DNA from: an uncultured Actinomycetes bacterium
Lineage (GTDB): Bacteria > Actinomycetota > Thermoleophilia > RBG-16-64-13
Assembly: GCA_963713545.1 (NCBI GenBank)
Contig: CAVQME010000001.1
Location: 130,809-194,808, forward strand
Reading direction: 5' to 3'
Length of the DNA: 64,000 nt
Below the pieces are notes generated by a model. It was given only the letters and a program-made list of their open reading frames with translations. It was not told the origin of the DNA and did no database searches. The position numbers and the translations under genes were made by a program. Shown here in pieces: positions 38,364 through 47,577 of this stretch. Numbering within the stretch: the first letter of the stretch is position 1; every line of letters starts with the position of its first letter.

Positions 38364-40889
38364 TCAGCCCTCCCATTTTTCGATCTCGATGAGGCACGAA
38401 TTGGGCGTCATTCCCGGCGCGTTCTTGGAGGTCATGCGCGACGGGGTGAGCATGCTGACGCACCCGCCTTTGTCCATGGAGTCCGCCTGGCCTGGGATCA
38501 GGGGATCGTAGAGGGCCGACGAAGCGTAGGAGTGGACGATGCCGGGACGGACGCGTCCGGTGACCACCGCGATGCAGAGCACAGAAGCGCGGTCGTTGTA
38601 GAGACGGACGATGTCGTGGTTGTTGATCCCCCGCTTGGCGGCGTCCTCGGGGTTGAGGCGGGCCGGCCACCAGGCGTAGCCGTCCTTCTTGATCCGGTGA
38701 CCGGGTATGTCGTTCAGCCAGTCGGTGTGCTTGTCGTAGTGGCAGTGGAACGTGAACCGCGGGTGAGGGGAGAGGAGCTGCAGCGGGTATTTCTCGAAGA
38801 GCTCGGTAGTGTGGTGCCCTTCCCAGCTGGGGATGTAGCGCGGCACCACCGGCCGCTCGTCGTCGTCGGGGAAGTACTGTTTGAGGCTCACCGACTCGAA
38901 CTCGATCTTGCCGCTGAAGGTGCCCAGCTCACCGCTCTTCTCGGTGAGGCGCTTGGGGTTGCCCAGATCCGGAGTGTCACAGGGCCGCCCCTCGTAGAAC
39001 CAGCGCATGCCCGGCGTCGGCTTGTAGTCGTCGTTGATGTTGATGATGTGATAGCCCTTACGGTTGAACTCCTCCCAGCTGATGTCTTTGGGCAGGTCGG
39101 AGATATCGAAGAAGGCTTTGACCCAGTCGACCTCAGTCTTGCCGCCGTCGGTGTACTCGTCTCTCAGGCCCATCTTCTCGAAGATGAGCGCGAAGATCTC
39201 GTAGTCCGACTTGGATTCCCACAGGGGCTCGATGCATTTCTGCTCGCGCACTATGACCCGGTAGTCGCACCCGCTGCTGGCGTGAACTGTGTAGCCATTG
39301 ATGGCAGCCCACTCGCCCATGTCGTCGCGCTCGAAGTTGGTGCAGGCCGGGAGGATGACGTCGGCCATACGGGTCTCGCTGTTGTACCAGATGTCCTGGT
39401 TGACCACGAACTCGAGCTTGGGACTCTGGTACATCCGCACCCACTTGGTGGTGTCGCTCATGGTGCCGATGAACGAGCCACCGTAGCGGTACCACAACTT
39501 GATCTCGGAATAGCCCTCCATGGGGTAGTCGAAATGCATGAACTGCTGCTCCAGGCTCCGGCCGCAGAAACCTTCCCCATACCACTCCACCGGCGGGTCC
39601 AGGATCGCCTCGGGCACAGTCAGCCGCCACAAGCGCTGTTTGGTCGTGTTCACCGGGATGTACTTGCACGCCTTCGTAGACATGGATATGCGGGCTTCCG
39701 GCTCGCCGTAGCTGGGGACCCACCGGGTGGTGTCGGACGGCGCCCCCATGGTCGTGCCCCAGATGCTGCGGCCCGGGGCACCCAGCCCCTGCATGGCCTG
39801 CAGAAGCACCATCATGCGGGCCCATTCGGTGCCGTAGGCTTCCCGGCAGGCGCCGCCTTCCCCTCCGCGCGAGCCGCCCGACAGGATCGTGCGCTTGGCG
39901 GCCCATTCGCGAGCGAGGGTGCGGATCACGCGGGCTTCGATGCCACACTCCTCGGCAGCCCACTCAGGCGTCTTGGGCTGACCGTCGACCTCGCCCACGA
40001 CGTACTTCCTGAACTCCTCGAACCCGATGGTGCGGTTCGCGACGTAGTCCTTGTTGTAGGTGCCCTCGGTGATCCAGACGAAAGCTATGGCCATGGCCAT
40101 GGCAGTGTCGGTGCCCATCCGCGGGGTGATCCACTTACCGCCCATGACGGCGTTGGTGTAGTTGTAGAAGGGGTCGATGAAGACCATCTTGACGCCCTTC
40201 TCCTTGAGCCACTGGCGCCATAGAGCGGAGTCCTGGCCGGAATAGGTGCCGCGGGTGCTATCTGGGTCGTTCGACCAGTAGACGATCATCTCCGCGTTCT
40301 GCAGGGCGTCGCCCAGCATGTCGTAGGGCTCAGGCATGCCCAGCCGCCAGAAGAAGCCGTAACTGTGCGTAGCTCCCCAGTGCCACCCCTCCCAGCTGTC
40401 GGGGTTGTCCAGTACCGGAGTGCCTTCCATCATGTTCAGAAAACGGGCGAAGGGTCCCATCTTGTAGCCGACGATGCCCCAGTTGTGGTGGGAGGAGGTC
40501 ATGCCGCTGATGGCCGACCCGCCATAGGTATCTTTGACCCGCTTGAGCTCGCTCGCCACCAGGGTCGCGGCCTCGTCCCAGGAGATTCGCTCGTAGCGTG
40601 ACTTGCCCCTGTTCTGAGGATTGCGCTCGCCGTTCGGATCGAAGTCGACCCGTTTCATGGGGTACTTGATGCGCTCGTCGGAATAGATCCGGCGGCGTTC
40701 GGCGTGGATGTAGGGTGAGAGGGTGACTTTCTTCGGAGGCGAGTAGCTCTTGCCCCCGGCCTCGATCACCCAGGGCTTCATGTCTTTCTCGTCCACCACC
40801 AAGGGACGGACCCTCGTGATCTTCCCGTCCTTGACGTAGACAGAGACCGGCCCGCTGTTGGTGCAACTCGCGAAAACCTTTTCAGCCAT
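38364..40889 (-). CDS. molybdopterin (bis-PGD) oxidoreductase large subunit, pyrogallol-hydroxytransferase/transhydroxylase-like; no N-terminal FeS Cys motif and no Tat signal
   Basis: 841 aa. Its motifs match the PHT alpha subunit as remembered: RISWDEA, NPDSWEGWHWG, ILPACTNFER, CGMT at the C-terminus. There is a single Cys in the N-terminal 60 aa and no RRxFLK. Confidence 0.85.
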   Translation of the reverse strand: MAEKVFASCTNSGPVSVYVKDGKITRVRPLVVDEKDMKPWVIEAGGKSYSPPKKVTLSPYIHAERRRIYSDERIKYPMKRVDFDPNGERNPQNRGKSRYERISWDEAATLVASELKRVKDTYGGSAISGMTSSHHNWGIVGYKMGPFARFLNMMEGTPVLDNPDSWEGWHWGATHSYGFFWRLGMPEPYDMLGDALQNAEMIVYWSNDPDSTRGTYSGQDSALWRQWLKEKGVKMVFIDPFYNYTNAVMGGKWITPRMGTDTAMAMAIAFVWITEGTYNKDYVANRTIGFEEFRKYVVGEVDGQPKTPEWAAEECGIEARVIRTLAREWAAKRTILSGGSRGGEGGACREAYGTEWARMMVLLQAMQGLGAPGRSIWGTTMGAPSDTTRWVPSYGEPEARISMSTKACKYIPVNTTKQRLWRLTVPEAILDPPVEWYGEGFCGRSLEQQFMHFDYPMEGYSEIKLWYRYGGSFIGTMSDTTKWVRMYQSPKLEFVVNQDIWYNSETRMADVILPACTNFERDDMGEWAAINGYTVHASSGCDYRVIVREQKCIEPLWESKSDYEIFALIFEKMGLRDEYTDGGKTEVDWVKAFFDISDLPKDISWEEFNRKGYHIININDDYKPTPGMRWFYEGRPCDTPDLGNPKRLTEKSGELGTFSGKIEFESVSLKQYFPDDDERPVVPRYIPSWEGHHTTELFEKYPLQLLSPHPRFTFHCHYDKHTDWLNDIPGHRIKKDGYAWWPARLNPEDAAKRGINNHDIVRLYNDRASVLCIAVVTGRVRPGIVHSYASSALYDPLIPGQADSMDKGGCVSMLTPSRMTSKNAPGMTPNSCLIEIEKWEG

Positions 40890-40943
40890 GAATCATCCGC
40901 TCCCTTGAGATTGGCGGTGGTCGGCGGTCCACATTTGGCAAAA

Positions 40944-40982
40944 CGATATCTCGATATTGGCGAGCAATACTGTTAATATCGT
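40944..40982. promoter_or_regulatory. AT-rich palindromes in the divergent promoter region between the PHT-like operon 1 and iclR1 (candidate IclR operator)
   Basis: cgATATCtcGATATtggcgagcaatactgttAATATCG. This comprises ATATC-N2-GATAT and CGATATT-N16-AATATCG inverted repeats in an otherwise GC-rich region. Confidence 0.3.
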
Positions 40983-41051
40983 AGAGTAGGCATGGGGCAT
41001 TTGCAAGGCACACGCTCATTATAGAGGTCGGTTCCAATCGACAGGGGAGAC

Positions 41052-41861
41052 ATGAGCACGACTACAGATGCGCGGGAAACCGACCCCTTCCAGGTCAGAG
41101 CGCTCGCAAGGGGGCTTTCGATCCTCTGCCTCTTCGATGTAGACCATCGCGAGTGGACCATCGACGAGATGGCCGAGCAGACCGGCCTCGTGCGCATGAC
41201 AGTCTATCGCATGGTGCGGACGCTCGAATCGATGGCCTTCCTTGTCCGCGACGCCACGACCAACCGTTACCGCCTCGGTCCGGCGGCGCTCGCCATGACC
41301 TACGTGTCGGACGATCAATCGGAGTTCATAGAGGCGGCCCGGCCGTACCTCGAGTCGCTCGTGCAGACGACCGGAGAATCGGTCACGCTGGCCGTTGAGG
41401 TGGACGGTTTCCCGGTATGCGTCGACATTGTCAACACGACACGCCCCTTCCGACGGAGAACGGCCCCGGGTCGTATCCTCGGCGATATCGCTTCGGTCCA
41501 CAGCAAGATCTTCGCCGCGCTCAGAGCCCCGGAAGAGCGGGAGACGATACTTACCAAGACCTATCCCCAGTTGACCCCGAACAGAGTCACCGATCCGAGG
41601 GAGCTGGCGCAGGAACTGGACCAGATCGCGAAGGAGAACGTGGCAGTGGACATCGAGGGGCTCTACCCGGGCATCTGTGCGGTGGGCGCCCCGGTGCGCG
41701 ATCAGTTGGGCGAGGTGATAGCCACCATCTCGGTCGTAGTCCCGTCAGGGCGGTTCGGAACGGCTGAGCGCGCCCTGTGTACCGAGGCCGTCAAAGCCTC
41801 TGCCGCCTCGTTTTCGGCTTACCTGGGCTGGAACCCAGCCGCTTCCGGACAGACGCGATGA
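41052..41861 (+). CDS. IclR-family transcriptional regulator
   Basis: 269 aa with an N-terminal wHTH (LSILCLFDVDHREWTIDEMAEQTGLVRMTVYRMVRTL) and a C-terminal effector domain. GGGGAG sits 4 nt upstream of the ATG. It lies between the two PHT-like operons and is paralogous to 55157..55981. Confidence 0.9.
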   Translation: MSTTTDARETDPFQVRALARGLSILCLFDVDHREWTIDEMAEQTGLVRMTVYRMVRTLESMAFLVRDATTNRYRLGPAALAMTYVSDDQSEFIEAARPYLESLVQTTGESVTLAVEVDGFPVCVDIVNTTRPFRRRTAPGRILGDIASVHSKIFAALRAPEERETILTKTYPQLTPNRVTDPRELAQELDQIAKENVAVDIEGLYPGICAVGAPVRDQLGEVIATISVVVPSGRFGTAERALCTEAVKASAASFSAYLGWNPAASGQTR

Positions 41862-41890
41862 GCGGACGAGATGCTAACGATCACTGTTGG

Positions 41891-41936
41891 GGCCGGTGCT
41901 GCCCCGTGTGACACGGGGTCCGGCCTCTTGATTATT
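41891..41936 (+). terminator. intrinsic terminator after iclR1
   Basis: GGCCGG..CCCCGTG-tga-CACGGGG.CCGGCC forms a compound hairpin followed by TCTTGATTATT. Confidence 0.5.
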
Positions 41937-42030
41937 CCGGGTCGTTAAGGTAGTAAGGGGGATGGGGGCCCTCGCAAGCGAACCGCTCCGAGTACGCTTA
42001 CCACTGACGAACGAAAGGACGACGATTGCG

Positions 42031-44658
42031 ATGACGGACGAGGGACGCAAGAAGGTCGATGTAAGCGTCGATAAGACAACGATCAAGAACTTGGCGATGG
42101 GCGGCCTGCTCGGTGGCGGCGGAGAGTGCTTCGTCGACGTCAAAGACGGCAAAGCCGTCCGGATCAGACCCTTCAAGTACGACTGGAAGTACGACTACGA
42201 CAAGCTGAACCCGTGGAAGATCGAACGTAACGGTGAGACCCTGGGTCCCCTGCCCAAAGCTCTGCCCGCGCCCTTCTCGCTCGCATATAAGAAGCGGACC
42301 TTCTCCCCGAACCGCATCAAGTTCCCCATGAAGCGGGTCGACTGGGACCCCGACGGCGAGAGGAACCCGCAGAACCGGGGCAAGAGCAAGTACAAGAGGA
42401 TCTCCTGGGACGAGGCCACCGACCTCATCGCAGCCGAGATCAGGCGGATCCACAAGGAATACGGGCCGCTCGCCATCCTTGCCCAGGGTGACGGTCACGG
42501 CGAGAACAAGACCATCCACACGCCCCACGGCCACCAGGCGCGGCTTCTCGACATGATGGGCGGCTTCACCCAGCAGGTCCGTAACCCGGACAGCTGGGAG
42601 GGCTGGTATTGGGGCGCCAAGCACGTCTGGGGCCAGGGCTTCCAGGGCATGATGTCTCCGGCCCAGAACCTCATCAAGGACATCTCCGAGAACTGCGACA
42701 TGGTCCTCAAATGGGGCTGCGACGAGGAGACCACCCCCTGGGGATTCACAGGGCAGTACGCCAGCCGGATCTCCCAATTCTGGACCCGGGCCGGCATCAA
42801 GCAAGTCTACATCTGCCCCGACCTCAACTATGCCGCCGCCGTTCACGGCGACAAATGGATCCCGGTGCTGCCCAACACCGACGCGGCTCTCCAGTTGGCC
42901 ATAATCTATGTGTGGCTCACCGAGGACACCTGGGACAAGGAGTACGTCGCCACCCACGCGGTCGGCATGGACAAGATCGCCGACTACGTCCTCGGTAACG
43001 ATGAAGAAGGCATTCCCAAAACCCCCGAGTGGGCTTCGAAGAGATGCGGGGTGCCCGAGTGGACCATCAAGGCCCTCGCCCGGGCGTTCGCCAAGAACAC
43101 CACGTCGATCATCCACTACTTCGGTGGCTCGGCTTTCAGGGGCCCGTACTCGCACGAACCGGGCCGGCTGGAATGCGTCCTCCTCGGCATGCAGGGCCTT
43201 GGCGGCCCGGGTGTCCACCAGTGCCAGATGACCTACTTCGGCATGCCGAGGGCGGAGGGACTAGGCAGCGTGCGCTTCTTCAACCCCGAACTGCCGGAGC
43301 GCCTCACGAAGCCCTGCTGGACCACGGTCCACGCCTGGGGCCCGCAGCTCATCCCCAAGACCCTCATCCAGGACGCCATCCTGAAGGCCCCGCTGGTCTT
43401 CTACGGCAGCGGCGGCCAGGAGTGCCAAACCGAGGAGCAGTTCGACCGCTACACCTATCCCATCGCGAAGGAAAAGGGCGGCGTCCCCATCCACATGATC
43501 TGGACCGACACGCCGTGCCGCATCACCTGCTGGAATCACGGCAACTGGACCATCGAGGCCATGAAGGACCCGAGCATCGAGTTCGTCCTCGCCCAGCACC
43601 CGTGGCTCGAGAACGACTGCCTCTACGCCGACATCATCCTACCGGCCAACACCACCCTCGAGGTCGAGGACATCGTCACCACGGTCCGGCAGGGCCCGCA
43701 TTTCGCAAGCGTCTCGATCCAGGAGCAGTCCGTCCTCCCCATCGGCGAGTCGAAGAGCGACTACGAGATCGTGCTGGCGGTCGCCGACAAACTGGGCATG
43801 ACCGAGGAGTTCACCGGCGGTCTCTCCACCCTCGACCTGCAGAAGCTGGTCTTCGACGCCATGAAGATGGACAAGCTCACCACCTGGGAGGACTTCTACG
43901 AGAAGAAGACCTACGTGTACGCGACCGCTCACGACTGGGAGCAGGACCCGCCCGGCTTCCGCCTGTTCTACGAGGACCCGAAAGCCAATCCACTCAAGAC
44001 CCCGAGCGGCCTTCTCGAGTTCTATTCAGAGCGTTTGGCGCAGCACTTCCCCGACGACAAAGAACGCCCGCCGTTCCCGAAGTGGGTCCCGAAGGGCATC
44101 ACGCACGACGAGGATCTTTCGAGCGAGCGGGCCGACATGTTCCCCTTGCTTCTCATGTCCAACCACCCGCGCTGGCGCACCCACGCTCAAGGCGACGATA
44201 TCAGCTGGGCCAGGGAGACTCCCACCGGCAAGGTCCTGGGCTTCGACGGCTACAGGTACGAGCCCATCTGGATCAACCCCATCGACGCCGAGGCCCGCTG
44301 CATCAAAGACGGCGACGTGGTCAAGATCTTCAACGAGAGGGGCATCGTGCTCGTCGGCGCGCGTGTGTGGGAGAGGATCAGGCCCGGCGTGGTCTACGTG
44401 GACCACGGTGCTCGCCATGATCCCCTGGTCCCGGGCAAGGTGGACCGGGGCGGGGCCATCAACACGATCGCTCCGAACGGGCTCACCTCAAAGAACGCGT
44501 GTGGCCAAGCCACCAGCGGCTACCTGGTCGACGTGCAGAAGGTCAAGAACGAGGAATGGGAAGCATGGCGTAGGGACTACCCCGAAGCTTTCGCCAGGGA
44601 ATACGACCAAGGCGCCGGACTGCGCTTCGACGCCTGGATCGAAGGAGGCAGGGACTAG
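42031..44658 (+). CDS. molybdopterin (bis-PGD) oxidoreductase large subunit, second pyrogallol-hydroxytransferase-like paralogue (cytoplasmic; no FeS motif, no Tat signal)
   Basis: The ORF-track start at 41962 has no usable RBS. The ATG at 42031 has AAGGA 13 nt upstream and gives MTDEGRKKVDV.... It shares DPDGERNPQNRGKSKYKRISWDEA, NPDSWEGWYWG and ILPANTTLE with 38364..40889. Confidence 0.85.
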   Translation: MTDEGRKKVDVSVDKTTIKNLAMGGLLGGGGECFVDVKDGKAVRIRPFKYDWKYDYDKLNPWKIERNGETLGPLPKALPAPFSLAYKKRTFSPNRIKFPMKRVDWDPDGERNPQNRGKSKYKRISWDEATDLIAAEIRRIHKEYGPLAILAQGDGHGENKTIHTPHGHQARLLDMMGGFTQQVRNPDSWEGWYWGAKHVWGQGFQGMMSPAQNLIKDISENCDMVLKWGCDEETTPWGFTGQYASRISQFWTRAGIKQVYICPDLNYAAAVHGDKWIPVLPNTDAALQLAIIYVWLTEDTWDKEYVATHAVGMDKIADYVLGNDEEGIPKTPEWASKRCGVPEWTIKALARAFAKNTTSIIHYFGGSAFRGPYSHEPGRLECVLLGMQGLGGPGVHQCQMTYFGMPRAEGLGSVRFFNPELPERLTKPCWTTVHAWGPQLIPKTLIQDAILKAPLVFYGSGGQECQTEEQFDRYTYPIAKEKGGVPIHMIWTDTPCRITCWNHGNWTIEAMKDPSIEFVLAQHPWLENDCLYADIILPANTTLEVEDIVTTVRQGPHFASVSIQEQSVLPIGESKSDYEIVLAVADKLGMTEEFTGGLSTLDLQKLVFDAMKMDKLTTWEDFYEKKTYVYATAHDWEQDPPGFRLFYEDPKANPLKTPSGLLEFYSERLAQHFPDDKERPPFPKWVPKGITHDEDLSSERADMFPLLLMSNHPRWRTHAQGDDISWARETPTGKVLGFDGYRYEPIWINPIDAEARCIKDGDVVKIFNERGIVLVGARVWERIRPGVVYVDHGARHDPLVPGKVDRGGAINTIAPNGLTSKNACGQATSGYLVDVQKVKNEEWEAWRRDYPEAFAREYDQGAGLRFDAWIEGGRD

Positions 44659-45477
44659 ATGAAGGTATTCGTTATTGACGTCGGCCTCTGCGTGGGCTGC
44701 TACGCCTGCCAGTTCGTCTGCAAGGACGAGCACGTCGGCAATGACTGGTCGCCGATCGCCAAGCCCCAGCCCGACACCGGCCAATTCTGGATGCGGTTGG
44801 ACGAACACATCAGAGGGACCGTGCCGAAAGTCGAGATGCACTACGTCCCTAACCCCTGCATGCACTGCGACGACCCGCCCTGCATCCCGCCCTGTCCGAT
44901 CGAGGGCGCCATCTACAAGCGAGACGACGGCTTGGTCGTCATCGACTCGGTGAAGTGCACCGGCTGCCGGTTGTGCGTCGACGCCTGCCCGTATGACGCC
45001 ATCTACTTCAATGACGACCTGAACCTCGCCCAGAAGTGCACCGGCTGTGCCCACCTGCTCGACGGCGGCGAGTGGAAGATCCCCAGGTGCGCAGATGCCT
45101 GCCCCACCCTTGCCATCAAGTTCGGCGAGGAGAGCGAATTCGCGGCCGAGATCGCCCAGGCCGAGGTGTTGAAGCCCGAGCTCGGAGCCAAGCCCCGGGT
45201 CTACTACTTGAACATTCCTAAGAGGTTCGTCGGCGGTACGGTGTACGACCCGGCTCAGAAAGAGGTGGTCATCGGCGCCACCTGTACCCTCACTGCAGTG
45301 AAGGGCGGCCCGGCCCTGACCGCCACCACCGACTACTTCGGTGATTTCTGGTTCAGGGGATTGGCCGACGGCACGTATAAGCTGACCATCTCGGCCAAGG
45401 GATTCGCCGATAAGACCTTGGCTGACATCAGCACTGAGAAGGACGTCAATCTCGGCGACATAGCGTTGACCAAGTAA
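44659..45477 (+). CDS. 4Fe-4S ferredoxin-type beta subunit (PHT-like) with a C-terminal beta-sandwich domain; translationally coupled (TAGATG) to the alpha subunit
   Basis: 272 aa. It is paralogous to 37520..38359 (GQFWM, YVPxPCxHC, AQKCTxCAH, NIPKRF, DVNLGDI). Confidence 0.85.
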   Translation: MKVFVIDVGLCVGCYACQFVCKDEHVGNDWSPIAKPQPDTGQFWMRLDEHIRGTVPKVEMHYVPNPCMHCDDPPCIPPCPIEGAIYKRDDGLVVIDSVKCTGCRLCVDACPYDAIYFNDDLNLAQKCTGCAHLLDGGEWKIPRCADACPTLAIKFGEESEFAAEIAQAEVLKPELGAKPRVYYLNIPKRFVGGTVYDPAQKEVVIGATCTLTAVKGGPALTATTDYFGDFWFRGLADGTYKLTISAKGFADKTLADISTEKDVNLGDIALTK

Positions 45478-45482
45478 CAATG

Positions 45483-45570
45483 CTCGTCGGGCTCAGGCGC
45501 CTGGGCCCGACGAGATCGGCAGAACCACCGGGGCCCCCGCCGCAGAAGCGGCGGGGGCCCCGGTCTTCCC
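45483..45570 (+). terminator. tandem GC-rich hairpins after the second PHT-like operon
   Basis: Near-perfect 16-bp palindrome CTCGTCGGGCTCAGGC/GCCTGGGCCCGACGAG. It is followed by a perfect 16-bp stem CCGGGGCCCCCGCCGC-agaa-GCGGCGGGGGCCCCGG and then TCTTCCCT. Confidence 0.55.
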
Positions 45571-45655
45571 TATGAGAGGGGGCAAACGGGTTCCCCGGAA
45601 GAGTCGCGCAGGCTTTTGCGCGCAGCTGGAGGGGGATCCGTTTGCCCCCTATCTT

Positions 45656-46471
45656 CTAACCCCAGGCGGCCCCCAGATGGCCCACGCCGGCGGCGAAGGC
45701 GTCGACGATATGGACGCCTCCGTCGGCCAGCACGGTCGAGCCGGTCATGAAGCCTGAGTCGTCGCTCGCCAAGAACACGAAAACACCCGCGATGTCGGGC
45801 GGGTCGCCTATCCGATGCAGGGGGACGTTCGTGCGCACCTTGTCGAAGACTCCGTCCATGTCGGTGTTCAAAAGTTCCGCCAGGGGTTTGAAGTTCATCT
45901 CCAGCATGCTCGTACGTATGGGGCCAGGGCAGACGACGTTGCAGCGCACGTTATGCTTGCCGTAGTCGAGCGCCACCTGCTTGGTCAGATGAATGATCCC
46001 CGCCTTGGTGGTGCAGTAGGCCGGCGCGCCCGGTACGGCCACCACTCCTGCCAGGGAGGATACGTTGACGATCGAACCTCCACCGCCCTCGATCATCTTC
46101 GGGATCGCCGCTTTCATCATGAGGAACGGCCCGGTGAGATTGACCTCCAGCTGCTGGCGCCACACCGCCGGGTCCAGTTCGACGACGTTCTCGTTCATCT
46201 CGATCGCCGCGTTGTTCACGAGGACGTCCAGGCGGCCGCTGAAGCCGAGGGCTGCCTCGACCATCTTCTGCGCGTTCCCGTCTTCCGAGACATCACCGCT
46301 GAATACGGTCACGCTCCCGGCGGGCAGTGCGTCTGCGACTGCCTGCAACATCTCCCGGCGCCGGCCGGTGATGCAGACCTTTGCCCCCTCTGCGACGAAG
46401 CGCTCCACGACGGCCCGGCCGATGCCGGTGCCACCCCCGGTGATGAGGGCCACCTTGCCTTCGAGCTGCAT
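45656..46471 (-). CDS. short-chain dehydrogenase/reductase (SDR)
   Basis: The true start is MQLEGKVALITGGGTGIGRA. NNAA and the YxxxK active site (APAYCTTKAG) are present. The 51-codon Arg-rich N-terminal extension in the ORF track is rejected. Confidence 0.85.
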   Translation of the reverse strand: MQLEGKVALITGGGTGIGRAVVERFVAEGAKVCITGRRREMLQAVADALPAGSVTVFSGDVSEDGNAQKMVEAALGFSGRLDVLVNNAAIEMNENVVELDPAVWRQQLEVNLTGPFLMMKAAIPKMIEGGGGSIVNVSSLAGVVAVPGAPAYCTTKAGIIHLTKQVALDYGKHNVRCNVVCPGPIRTSMLEMNFKPLAELLNTDMDGVFDKVRTNVPLHRIGDPPDIAGVFVFLASDDSGFMTGSTVLADGGVHIVDAFAAGVGHLGAAWG

Positions 46472-46539
46472 CTCTCCACTCCCCTCGTCTGTTGAAGTGC
46501 CTGCGGTCGGGCCGCCCCGTGGGCGACGGAGCCTAGTGC

Positions 46540-47466
46540 CTATTCCTTTGGCGGATCGCCGTCGAACCCGCCGCTCGGATTCAAGAAGATCTTGCCGGGT
46601 TCGCCTGGCAGTGGCGTGAACCAATCGGGGCAGCTGTGCGGGAACAGCAGTCTCGCCTGCCAGTGGAGGGCGAAATCCTCAGCCTTCACGTCGCCATAGT
46701 ACTTGTTCATGCCCTCCACCAGCTCAGCGCCGTTCGTGGCGGTGCCGTAGACCTCGTCGTAGACATCCAGATAGCGGAGAGACCAATCGACACAGTCTGT
46801 GTAGGTGCGAGACGTTTCTTCCTGGACCTCCTCGAGGATTCGCAACTTGGCCTCGTCGTGATGCCCGGGGATGACTACCCGCGGGTCGAAATCCAGCAGC
46901 TGGCGGATCGAGGTCCTCCACCTCACCCGCCGCTCCACGTTACTCTCGATCGGCCACAGGTTGCAGTCGTGGAAGGCCACATCCGTCGCGCATGCGACTC
47001 CTATCGAGGGGACCCAGACCACGGAGTTGTTTATGCTGTCGCCCTCCCAGCCGTCTGAGAACAGCAGCTCCTCGCCCTCCAATTCGAGACGAGGATCATG
47101 GAGCGGCATGGGGATCGTCGTCTTGGTGGGGATGTCGGGACCGAAACGGTCGATGGCCCACATGTCGACTTTGTCACTTGAGGTGAACACCACGTCCCTG
47201 ACTACGCTGGGCAAGGCCACGATCTTGGCTTGAGGGAAGGCGTGTTGTAGCACGCCCAGGCCGAAGTGATGATCAGGGTGGAAGTGCGACACGTAGATAT
47301 GGGTGAGGTTCTTCCTCATGGGGATGATCTGGGCGACCATCTTGTGAGTGTCGCTGAGGAGCTGGGAGGCGTCTATCAGAATCGCGTCCTTCTCCCCGTA
47401 GAAGAGCGTGGAGTTGCTGTTGAAGCCCAGATAGCTATGCAGAAACACCTTGTATTTGAGTGGCAC
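46540..47466 (-). CDS. MBL-fold metallo-hydrolase
   Basis: 308 aa with the HxHxDH motif (SHFHPDHHFG). Confidence 0.75.
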   Translation of the reverse strand: MPLKYKVFLHSYLGFNSNSTLFYGEKDAILIDASQLLSDTHKMVAQIIPMRKNLTHIYVSHFHPDHHFGLGVLQHAFPQAKIVALPSVVRDVVFTSSDKVDMWAIDRFGPDIPTKTTIPMPLHDPRLELEGEELLFSDGWEGDSINNSVVWVPSIGVACATDVAFHDCNLWPIESNVERRVRWRTSIRQLLDFDPRVVIPGHHDEAKLRILEEVQEETSRTYTDCVDWSLRYLDVYDEVYGTATNGAELVEGMNKYYGDVKAEDFALHWQARLLFPHSCPDWFTPLPGEPGKIFLNPSGGFDGDPPKE

Positions 47467-47577
47467 GCTCGCTCCCTTCTTGACGGCGGATCCTGGCGGC
47501 GGCGCCGCGCTGAGGCTACCGGCTTCGAATCCTTTCCGGTAAGCGCACAGATGCTAACGACCTAGAGAACAGCCTGC

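Noticed and set aside
41866-41880. Exact 12-mer AGATGCTAACGA shared between 41869-41880 and 47550-47561
   Set aside because: Flanks do not align. A 12-mer is expected to recur many times by chance in 64 kb across both strands, so it is not treated as a repeat element.
41962-42030. ORF-track start of the second PHT-like alpha subunit at 41962
   Set aside because: GGGGG sits directly against the ATG with no spacer. The in-frame ATG at 42031 has AAGGA at -13 and gives an N-terminus matching the paralogue.
45572-45757. 61-aa plus-strand ORF in the convergent intergenic region
   Set aside because: It lies across terminator hairpins and into the antisense of the SDR gene. It has no RBS and no homology features.
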